The position numbers and the translations under genes were made by a program. The notes beneath the pieces were generated by a model. It was given only the letters and a program-made list of their open reading frames with translations. It did not search any database and was not told the origin of the DNA. This document shows positions 1-6,970 of a stretch of DNA of 24,000 nt, one piece after another (the stretch's first letter is position 1; each line of letters begins with the position of its first letter). This DNA is from Herbiconiux sp. SYSU D00978 (GTDB taxonomy: Bacteria > Actinomycetota > Actinomycetes > Actinomycetales > Microbacteriaceae). Location of the stretch: contig NZ_JAFIQW010000003.1 in the NCBI RefSeq assembly GCF_017355965.1, positions 1 to 24,000 on the forward strand, given 5' to 3'.

Positions 1-399
1 CATGCTGGCCTTCAGGGCAACTATCCAACACCACTCCCAGGACCACCACACAGTGGCTATCCGTTCAGGAGGGCTGTCAATCGTAACTCGACTCGAACCG
101 GCTCGCAAGGAGCGTGGAACCGAGGTTCCGTTCGAGGGAGAGGATTGGTTCCCGCTTGAGGGCCGGTCAGCTTCCGCTTCCCGCACCCTTTGGGGCAACG
201 AGGAGAAACATTACGTGGGATCCGCCGTTGCGGCAAGCCAGCGCCACATCCCGGGCGTGTCGCGCCGAAGAAGCCCGGAATCCCGCGGTTCTCGCCGCTG
301 CGCGTCATCCGACCGCAGCGCCACCGGCCGCCCCGCGATCGATGCCTGGCCCCGCTCGCTCGGGTAACGGTTGCGCATCGCATCGTTCCGGGTACGCGA

Positions 400-431
400 A
401 AGGGGCGGCGGGGTCTCCCCCACCGCCCCTT
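400..431 (-). terminator. Hairpin terminator candidate downstream of clpC
   Basis: Arms AAGGGGCGG (400-408) and CCGCCCCTT (423-431), with an inner GGGG/CCCC pair, 15 nt past the clpC stop on the minus strand. Confidence 0.65.
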
Positions 432-445
432 CCGGCGCGTGCCGC

Positions 446-2929
446 CTAGGACTCGATCGCGGCGGCGCCGACCGTGAGCTCCTCACGGCCCGGCTGGCGC
501 GACGTCGAGAACACGAACTCGCCCTCGGCGAAGTCCACGTGCACGTGGTCGCCGGCGTTGAGCTCGCCGTGCAGGATCTTCTCGCTGAGCCGGTCCTCGA
601 TCTCGTGCTGCACCGCGCGGCGGAGCGGGCGCGCACCCAGGGTCGGGTCGAAGCCCACCTTGATGAGCTGCTCCTTCGCGGGCGTGGTCAGCTCGACGGT
701 CATGTCGCGGTCCAGCATCCGCTCGCCCAGGCGCTTGATGAACAGATCGACGATCTGCAGAAGCTCCGCGGGAGTGAGCTGCGGGAACACGATCGTCTCG
801 TCGACGCGGTTCAGGAACTCGGGCTTGAAGTGCTTCTTGAGCTCCTCGACGACCTTGGCGCGCATGCGCTGGTAGCCGGTCGAGTTTTCGCCCTCGAGCT
901 GGAAGCCCACCGGACCGTTGGCGATGTCCCTCGTGCCGAGGTTCGTCGTCATGATGATCACGGTGTTCTTGAAGTCGACGACGCGGCCCTGGCCATCCGT
1001 CAGACGTCCCTCCTCCAGGATCTGGAGGAGCGAGTTGAAGATGTCGGGGTGCGCCTTCTCGATCTCGTCGAAGAGCACGACGCTGAAGGGCTTGCGGCGA
1101 ACCTTCTCGGTTAGCTGGCCGCCCTCCTCGAAGCCGACGAACCCAGGAGGGGCACCGAACAGCCGCGAGACGGTGTGCTTCTCGCCGTACTCCGACATGT
1201 CGAGAGAGATCAGCGCACCCTCGTCGTCGAAGAGGAACTCGGCGAGCGCCTTGGCCAGCTCCGTCTTACCGACACCGGTGGGGCCGGCGAAGATGAACGA
1301 ACCGGAGGGACGACGCGGGTCCTTGAGGCCGGCGCGGGTGCGGCGGATGGTCTTGGCGAGGACCGAGATGGCCTCCTCCTGACCGATGACGCGCTCGTGC
1401 AGGGCCTTCTCCATGAAGATGAGCCGCGAGGACTCCTCCTCCGTGAGCTTGAACACCGGGATGCCGGTCGCCTGGGCGAGCACTTCGGCGATCAGGCCCT
1501 CGTCGACCTCGGCGGTCGTCGCGACGTCACCGGACTTCCACTGCTTCTCGAGGCGGAGCCGCTCACCGAGCAGCTTCTTCTCCTCGTCGCGCAGCGAGGC
1601 GGCCTTCTCGAAGTCCTGGTCCTCGATCGCTGCTTCCTTCTGGGCGCGGACACCGGCGATGCGCTCGTCGAACTCGCGCAGCTCCGGCGGCGCCGACAGG
1701 ATCGACAGGCGCAGGCGGGCGCCGGCCTCGTCGATCAGGTCGATGGCCTTGTCCGGCAGGAAGCGGTCCTGGATGTACCGGTCGGCGAGGTTCGCCGCCG
1801 CGACGATGGCACCGTCGGTGATGCTCACCTTGTGGTGCGCCTCGTAGCGGTCGCGCAGACCCTTGAGAATGTTGATGGCGTGGGGCAGCGACGGCTCGTT
1901 GACCTGGATCGGCTGGAAGCGGCGCTCGAGCGCGGCATCCTTCTCGAAGTGCTTGCGGTACTCGTCGAGCGTGGTCGCGCCGATCGTCTGCAGCTCACCA
2001 CGGGCGAGCAGCGGCTTGAGGATCGAGGCGGCGTCGATAGCGCCCTCAGCGGCACCGGCACCGACGAGCGTGTGGATCTCGTCGATGAACGTGATGATGT
2101 CGCCGCGGGTGCGGATCTCCTTGGTGACCTTCTTGAGGCGCTCCTCGAAGTCACCGCGGTAGCGGCTGCCGGCGATGAGAGAACCGAGGTCGAGCGTGTA
2201 GAGCTGCTTGTCCTTCAGCGTCTCGGGGACGTCGCCGCGGACGATCGCCTGCGCGAGGCCCTCGACGACGGCGGTCTTGCCGACGCCGGGCTCGCCGATC
2301 AGCACGGGGTTGTTCTTCGACCGACGCGAGAGGATCTGCATGACCCGCTCGATCTCCTTCTCACGGCCGATGACCGGGTCGAGCTTGTTGTCCCGAGCCG
2401 CCTGCGTGAGGTTGCGACCGAACTGGTCGAGGATCTGGCTTCCCTTGTCGGGCTGCTGCTCATTGCCGCCCACCGCCACGGCCTCCTTGCCCTGGTAACC
2501 ACTCAGGAGCTGGATGACCTGCTGCCGCACCTTGTTGAGGTCCGCGCCGAGCTTGACGAGGACCTGCGCCGCGACACCCTCACCCTCGCGGATGAGGCCG
2601 AGCAGGATGTGCTCCGTACCGATGTAGTTGTGACCGAGCTGCAGCGCCTCGCGCAGAGAGAGCTCGAGCACCTTCTTGGCGCGCGGGGTGAACGGGATGT
2701 GACCGGTGGGCTGCTGCTGGCCCTGACCGATGATGTCCTGGACCTGCTCGCGGACCGCGTCGAGGGAGATTCCGAGGGACTCCAGCGCCTTGGCCGCGAC
2801 TCCCTCGCCCTCGTGGATGAGGCCGAGCAGGATGTGCTCCGTACCGATGTAGTTGTGGTTGAGCATCTTGGCCTCTTCCTGGGCCAAAACGACGACACGA
2901 CGGGCTCGGTCGGTGAATCTCTCAAACAT
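446..2929 (-). CDS. clpC: ATP-dependent Clp protease ATP-binding subunit ClpC (827 aa)
   Basis: N-terminal [20 protein letters not shown] and duplicated [13 protein letters not shown] Clp-N repeats; Walker [14 protein letters not shown] and [12 protein letters not shown]; SD-like GAGGAG before the ATG. Confidence 0.98.
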   Translation of the reverse strand: MFERFTDRARRVVVLAQEEAKMLNHNYIGTEHILLGLIHEGEGVAAKALESLGISLDAVREQVQDIIGQGQQQPTGHIPFTPRAKKVLELSLREALQLGHNYIGTEHILLGLIREGEGVAAQVLVKLGADLNKVRQQVIQLLSGYQGKEAVAVGGNEQQPDKGSQILDQFGRNLTQAARDNKLDPVIGREKEIERVMQILSRRSKNNPVLIGEPGVGKTAVVEGLAQAIVRGDVPETLKDKQLYTLDLGSLIAGSRYRGDFEERLKKVTKEIRTRGDIITFIDEIHTLVGAGAAEGAIDAASILKPLLARGELQTIGATTLDEYRKHFEKDAALERRFQPIQVNEPSLPHAINILKGLRDRYEAHHKVSITDGAIVAAANLADRYIQDRFLPDKAIDLIDEAGARLRLSILSAPPELREFDERIAGVRAQKEAAIEDQDFEKAASLRDEEKKLLGERLRLEKQWKSGDVATTAEVDEGLIAEVLAQATGIPVFKLTEEESSRLIFMEKALHERVIGQEEAISVLAKTIRRTRAGLKDPRRPSGSFIFAGPTGVGKTELAKALAEFLFDDEGALISLDMSEYGEKHTVSRLFGAPPGFVGFEEGGQLTEKVRRKPFSVVLFDEIEKAHPDIFNSLLQILEEGRLTDGQGRVVDFKNTVIIMTTNLGTRDIANGPVGFQLEGENSTGYQRMRAKVVEELKKHFKPEFLNRVDETIVFPQLTPAELLQIVDLFIKRLGERMLDRDMTVELTTPAKEQLIKVGFDPTLGARPLRRAVQHEIEDRLSEKILHGELNAGDHVHVDFAEGEFVFSTSRQPGREELTVGAAAIES

Positions 2930-2970
2930 GTGAACTCCTCGGGCGCCGTGCAGGGTGGCGCCGTACGAAG

Positions 2971-2976
2971 AGAGTA
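2971..2976 (-). promoter_or_regulatory. Candidate -10 element (TACTCT on the minus strand) for clpC
   Basis: TACTCT about 42 nt upstream of the clpC ATG; the same hexamer sits upstream of ftsH at matching spacing from a shared 14-mer. Confidence 0.45.
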
Positions 2977-3003
2977 ACCAGCGGATCCTGGCGAACCTGC
3001 CCC

Positions 3004-3018
3004 TGTTCGCTGGCGGCG
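3004..3018. promoter_or_regulatory. Putative ClgR-type operator upstream of clpC (TGTTCGCTGGCGGCG)
   Basis: Matches GTTCGC-N5-GCG, the ClgR operator form as I recall it from Streptomyces; predicted centre near -47 relative to the inferred TSS. Confidence 0.5.
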
Positions 3019-3075
3019 TGACGAGTTGCAGCGGCTCTTCAGGGGGCTCTTGTCCGGGCGGCCGCGGCGGGCTAG

Positions 3076-3110
3076 CTTATCGACTACCGATAACAACGAC
3101 ATTCGATAAG
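3076..3110. promoter_or_regulatory. Operator-like cluster of three CGATAA/TTATCG elements upstream of the DUF2975-like gene
   Basis: CTTATCG (3076-3082), CGATAA (3088-3093) and CGATAAG (3104-3110), just upstream of the ATG at 3118. Confidence 0.45.
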
Positions 3111-3117
3111 GACGGCC

Positions 3118-3753
3118 ATGACGACGGTCTCGAAGCTCGACCTCTACCTGCTGCGGGTCGTCGTGGGAGGAGCGATCCTCTTCGCGCTGCTCACCATCGT
3201 CGGTCTGGCGCTGTCCACGATCTCTCTGGCGGTCGACGACGAGCTCCGCATCACCGGGATGCCGTACACGGGCGAGGCCGAGGTCCGCGACGCCCCTCCC
3301 GCCCTCGTGCAGGCGGACGTCAGCAGTGCGGATGCCACGGTCGTCGGCCTCGACGGTGGCGCGCGCGGCCTGCTGATCGCCGAGCGTCTCGCCGAGGGGC
3401 TGCCGGCCCTCGGCATCTGCGCCGCGGTCGCACTTGTCGGGCTGAGGGTGCTCGACGGGCGTCCGTTCGTGCGCTCGGCCACCTGGGCGGTCGGTCTCGC
3501 GGGGGTGTTCCTGATGGTGGGCGGCCTGTTGCAGCCTGCCTTCGCCGCCTACGCACGCGCCGCGGTCGTCGACTTCCTGGGGCCGCAGGCCGTGACCGCC
3601 GGCGGCGATCAGTCCGGCTCCTACCCGGGCTTCACCCGGTTCGTCATGCTGACGGACCTCTCCCCCATCGGCTGGGGCCTCGCCCTCGCCGTCGTGGCCA
3701 CCGCGTTCGAGCTCGGGCGGCGGATGCAGCGCGAGACGGACACCCTCGTCTGA
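3118..3753 (+). CDS. DUF2975-like multi-TM membrane protein (211 aa)
   Basis: Several hydrophobic segments (VVVGGAILFALLTIVGLALST, GICAAVALVGLRVL, WAVGLAGVFLMVGGLL, IGWGLALAVVATAFELG); paired with a YozG-like HTH gene, as is typical for DUF2975. Confidence 0.8.
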   Translation: MTTVSKLDLYLLRVVVGGAILFALLTIVGLALSTISLAVDDELRITGMPYTGEAEVRDAPPALVQADVSSADATVVGLDGGARGLLIAERLAEGLPALGICAAVALVGLRVLDGRPFVRSATWAVGLAGVFLMVGGLLQPAFAAYARAAVVDFLGPQAVTAGGDQSGSYPGFTRFVMLTDLSPIGWGLALAVVATAFELGRRMQRETDTLV

Positions 3754-4004
3754 TGGCTCCCGCCGACGACGAGCCGACCGGCATCCACTGCCGGCTCGAC
3801 GAACTGCTCGCGGAGCGCGGGATGACGGTGACCCGCCTCAGCGAACTCGTGGGCATCAGCGTCGTGAATCTCTCTGTACTGAAGAACGACCGGGCCCGAG
3901 CCATTCGGTACTCCACCCTCCGCGCGATCTGCGACGCCCTCGACTGCGAGGTGGGCGAACTGCTCGTGCTGTCACCCCCTGCGTCCGTCGCCGGCCGGGC
4001 GTAG
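3753..4004 (+). CDS. Small Xre/YozG-type helix-turn-helix regulator (83 aa)
   Basis: MAPADDEPTGIHCRLDELLAERGMTVTRLSELVGISVVNLSVLKNDRARAIRYSTLRAICDALDCEVGELL; the ATG overlaps the upstream TGA (TGATG). It is the 3' part of tracked ORF 2955..4004. Confidence 0.9.
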   Translation: MAPADDEPTGIHCRLDELLAERGMTVTRLSELVGISVVNLSVLKNDRARAIRYSTLRAICDALDCEVGELLVLSPPASVAGRA

Positions 4005-4014
4005 TGTTCGCTGC

Positions 4015-4986
4015 GTGAGCAACCTCGAGAGGCAGCCCGGAGCCGTGCTGTGCGAGGCCGCCCCCGCGGACGGCGTCGAACTGCTCGAGCCCCGCGACGT
4101 CCCGCTCGGCGGACCGCGGGCGATGAGCGTGCGCCGCACCCTGCCGCAGCGCGCCCGCTCCCTCATCGGCGCCTGGTGCTTCCTCGACCACTACGGCCCC
4201 GACGACGTGCGGATCCAGGGCGGGATGCACGTGCCGCCGCATCCGCACACCGGGCTCGCGACCGTCAGCTGGCTGTTCGCCGGCGAGATCGAGCACCGGG
4301 ACTCGACCGGCGCGCACGCGCTCGTGCGTCCCGGTGAGCTGAACCTGATGACGGCGGGGCGCGGCATCCAGCACTCCGAGGTCTCGACCGACGCGGTCAC
4401 GATGCTGCATGGCGCGCAACTCTGGCTCGCGCTGCCCGACGCGCACCGCCACGATGCGCCGTTCTTCGAGCGCTACGTGCCCGAGCCCGTGCTGTTCGGC
4501 GCCGCGACGGTGCGGGTGTTCCTCGGCTCGCTCGTCGGGTCGACGAGCACGGCGACGACGTTCACCCCACTGCTCGGTGCACAGCTCGACCTTCCCGCGG
4601 GGGCGAGCGTCGAGCTGCCGGTCGACCCCCGCTTCGAGCACGGCTTGCTCGTGGACGCCGGGGCGCCTCGGTTCGAGGGCCACGCCGTGGCATCCGGAGA
4701 GCTCGCCTACGTCGCCCCCGGCCGCAGCACACTGCGCGTCGAGGCGACGGATGCTCCGCTGCGCGCGCTGCTGATCGGCGGCGAGCCGCTCGGCGAGCGC
4801 ATCGTGATGTGGTGGAACTTCGTCGGGCGGAGCCACGACGAGATCGTCGAGTACCGCGCGAAGTGGCAGGCGGACGGGATCGCGCGGCGCGACCCGGCGG
4901 GGTGGTTCGGGCTCGTGGAGGGGTTCGACGGGGAGCCGCTGCCGGCGCCGGAGCTGCCGAACGTGCGGTTGTCAGCTCGGGGGTAG
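4015..4986 (+). CDS. Pirin family protein (323 aa)
   Basis: Pirin cupin motifs: GGMHVPPHPHTGLATVSWLFAGEIEHRDSTG and LNLMTAGRGIQHSE. Confidence 0.93.
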   Translation: MSNLERQPGAVLCEAAPADGVELLEPRDVPLGGPRAMSVRRTLPQRARSLIGAWCFLDHYGPDDVRIQGGMHVPPHPHTGLATVSWLFAGEIEHRDSTGAHALVRPGELNLMTAGRGIQHSEVSTDAVTMLHGAQLWLALPDAHRHDAPFFERYVPEPVLFGAATVRVFLGSLVGSTSTATTFTPLLGAQLDLPAGASVELPVDPRFEHGLLVDAGAPRFEGHAVASGELAYVAPGRSTLRVEATDAPLRALLIGGEPLGERIVMWWNFVGRSHDEIVEYRAKWQADGIARRDPAGWFGLVEGFDGEPLPAPELPNVRLSARG

Positions 4987-5052
4987 TGCGGCCTCGTCGG
5001 GAAGGGGTCTCGGCACGGCGGGCTTCGCCCTGCTACCGACCGGCGACGAACG

Positions 5053-5104
5053 GCTACTCCGCCGACTGGTGAGGGGCCGCTACTCCGCCGACTGGTGAGG
5101 AGCC
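5053..5104. repeat. Tandem duplication, 2 x 26 bp (GCTACTCCGCCGACTGGTGAGG[G/A]GCC)
   Basis: Copies at 5053-5078 and 5079-5104 differ at one base. Confidence 0.9.
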
Positions 5105-5757
5105 GGGCCTCGGCGGCGGGCGCGAAGGACCGCGTCGCGCACGACGTCGCCGTGGTGGTGGCCGTGCTGGTGGTCGACCGGGTCGGTGCGCTGGAAGCGC
5201 TCGCGCGACTCGGCAGCCTCGACCACCCACTGCTCCTCGTCGAGCATTGCGGCGACGTCGACCGGCGACCAGTAGACGTCCTCGTCCTTCGGTCGCGAGA
5301 CCGTCGAGTGCAGGTCGGACGGGTCGTGTCCGACGAGCAGCAGCGTCCCGCCGGGCGCGACGGCGTCTATCAGTCGCGACAGCACCCGGCGCCACTGGTC
5401 GCCCGGCACGTGCAGGAATTGCGCCGACACGAGATCGGCCTGCGGCAGTCGGGGGTCGTCCTCCGCCGTGACATCCGCGAGCCGCCAGAGAATCCGGTCG
5501 GCGACGTCGTCACCCGCCTTGTCGGCGCGCTTGCCGGCCCGCTCGAGCGCGTAGCCGGAGAAGTCGACGGCGACGACGGTCCAGCCGTGCTGCGCGAGCC
5601 AGATGGCATCCGCCCCCTCGCCGCAACCGACGTCGAGGGCGACGCCCGGACGGAGTGCGGATGCCTCGGCGACGAGCTGGGCGTTCGGCGCACCGCTCCA
5701 CACGGCGTCGAGCGAGCGATAGCGGGCGTCCCAGAAAGCCGCGTCCCAGTCCGCCAC
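5080..5757 (-). CDS. Class I SAM-dependent methyltransferase (225 aa from the GTG at 5757)
   Basis: VADWDAAFWDARYRSLDAVWSGAPNAQL and ALDVGCGEGADAIWLAQHGWTVVAVDFS (SAM-binding motif). The family N-terminus suggests the start at 5757 rather than the ORF start at 5838. Confidence 0.88.
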   Translation of the reverse strand: MADWDAAFWDARYRSLDAVWSGAPNAQLVAEASALRPGVALDVGCGEGADAIWLAQHGWTVVAVDFSGYALERAGKRADKAGDDVADRILWRLADVTAEDDPRLPQADLVSAQFLHVPGDQWRRVLSRLIDAVAPGGTLLLVGHDPSDLHSTVSRPKDEDVYWSPVDVAAMLDEEQWVVEAAESRERFQRTDPVDHQHGHHHGDVVRDAVLRARRRGPAPHQSAE

Positions 5758-5767
5758 GGTCGGGCTC

Positions 5768-5941
5768 CTAGCGGGCCTGGTCCTCGAGGCGGGCGCGCTC
5801 CTGCGCCTCGATCTTCGCGTAGGCGTCGCGCTCACCACGGTCGGCGCGGATGACCGAGCGCATGACGTACCAGAAGATGCCGCCGAGGAGGATGGTCGGC
5901 GTCACGGAGTAGAGCGCGTTCAGCCAGAAGTCCTCGATCAC
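5768..5941 (-). CDS. Small single-TM protein (57 aa)
   Basis: VIEDFWLNALYSVTPTILLGGIFWYVMRSVIRADRGERDAYAKIEAQERARLEDQAR from the GTG at 5941; one TM and a charged helix. The upstream part of the tracked ORF looks non-coding. Confidence 0.8.
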   Translation of the reverse strand: MIEDFWLNALYSVTPTILLGGIFWYVMRSVIRADRGERDAYAKIEAQERARLEDQAR

Positions 5942-5997
5942 GGGCTCAAGGATACGCGGCCGGAGCCCCCGAGGCTGGGCCGTCGTCGGTCGCGACT

Positions 5998-6044
5998 GTA
6001 CGGAAACTGCTGCCCTCTTCAGATCGGAAGAGCAGTTTGCGTAC
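5998..6044. terminator. Long imperfect hairpin between the citE-like gene and the small membrane gene
   Basis: GTACG-g-AAACTG-[CTGCC]-CTCTTC-AGATCG-GAAGAG-CAGTTT-g-CGTAC, 40 nt past the citE-like stop on the minus strand. Confidence 0.5.
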
Positions 6045-6083
6045 TCTCTCAGCGGCGCCGCGGCGGAGAGCGCCTCCTCGTCG

Positions 6084-6911
6084 CTAGAGCGGGTTGATGC
6101 CGAAGGCGCGGGCGAGCTTGTCGATCTTCTCGGCGCGGCCAAGGCGGGGCAGGTCGCTGCCGTCGCGGATGACGCGGCCGCGCGCCTCGAAGTCGGCGAG
6201 GAAGTCGCGGGCCCACGTGACATCCGAGGCGGTCGGGCTGATGACCTCGTTGATGACGGGCAGCTGCTCGGTGTCGAGGCAGAGCTTGCCGGTGAGACCG
6301 AGCGCGACGGCGACCTCGCTCGACTCGCGGAGCACCGGGTGCGAGCGCGAGGCGGTGGGGCCGTCGATCGGACCGGGCAGGCCGCCGATGCGGCTGGCGA
6401 CGACGAGGCGGGAGCGGGGGTAGGCCATGGCGAGGTCGTCGGCGCTCGTGCCGGTGTCCTTGCGGTAGTCGCCGGAGCCGAAGGCGAGGCGGAACGCGCC
6501 GCGGGCGCGGGCGATGGTCACGGCCTCCTCGATGCCGAGGGCCGACTCGATCAGGACGAGCACGGGCTTCTCGCCGCGCAGGCGGTCGAACGTCTCGGAG
6601 ACGTGCGCGGCGTCCTCGGTCTTGGCGAGCATGACCCCGAGGAGACCGGGGACCCCGGTCAGGGCGTCGACGTCGTCGGACCAGAAGTCGCTCGAGCGGT
6701 CGTTGATGCGCACCCAGGCACGGCCACCGCCGCTCAGCCAGTCGATGACCTTGCCGCGGGCGGCGTCCTTGTCGGAGGGATCGACCGCGTCCTCGATGTC
6801 GAGCACGATCTGGTCGGCTCGCGAGTTCGCCGCCCGGTCGAAGGCCTCGGCGTGGTTGCCGTTCACCAGGAGCCAGGAGCGGGCGATCTCGGGGTTGACC
6901 TCGTTGTGCAC
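6084..6911 (-). CDS. CitE-like / HpcH-HpaI family CoA ester lyase homologue (275 aa, GTG start)
   Basis: DQIVLDIEDAVDPSDKDAARGKVIDWL, RAWVRIN, KPVLVLIESALGIEEAVTIA, RLAFGSGDYRKDTG. Confidence 0.88.
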   Translation of the reverse strand: MHNEVNPEIARSWLLVNGNHAEAFDRAANSRADQIVLDIEDAVDPSDKDAARGKVIDWLSGGGRAWVRINDRSSDFWSDDVDALTGVPGLLGVMLAKTEDAAHVSETFDRLRGEKPVLVLIESALGIEEAVTIARARGAFRLAFGSGDYRKDTGTSADDLAMAYPRSRLVVASRIGGLPGPIDGPTASRSHPVLRESSEVAVALGLTGKLCLDTEQLPVINEVISPTASDVTWARDFLADFEARGRVIRDGSDLPRLGRAEKIDKLARAFGINPL

Positions 6912-6917
6912 GCCTCG

Positions 6918-6923
6918 ACATTA
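6918..6923 (-). promoter_or_regulatory. Candidate -10 (TAATGT) for a leaderless citE-like transcript
   Basis: TAATGT-CGAGGC-GTG: six nt between the hexamer and the start codon. Confidence 0.5.
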
Positions 6924-6970
6924 GCGGGCGCCGAATGGGCGTCCGCGTCGAGTACGCGGAGAAGTACGGG

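Noticed and set aside
1175-2977. 600-aa plus-strand ORF opposite clpC
   Set aside because: Shadow ORF; the minus strand encodes full-length ClpC.
2955-3752. Upstream part of the 349-aa plus ORF 2955..4004 as one long HTH protein
   Set aside because: Out of frame with the DUF2975-like membrane protein and arginine-rich; only the final 83 aa look real.
5017-5034. Convergent terminator between the pirin and methyltransferase genes (GGGC-TTC-GCCC)
   Set aside because: A 4-bp stem with a poor extension is too weak to call.
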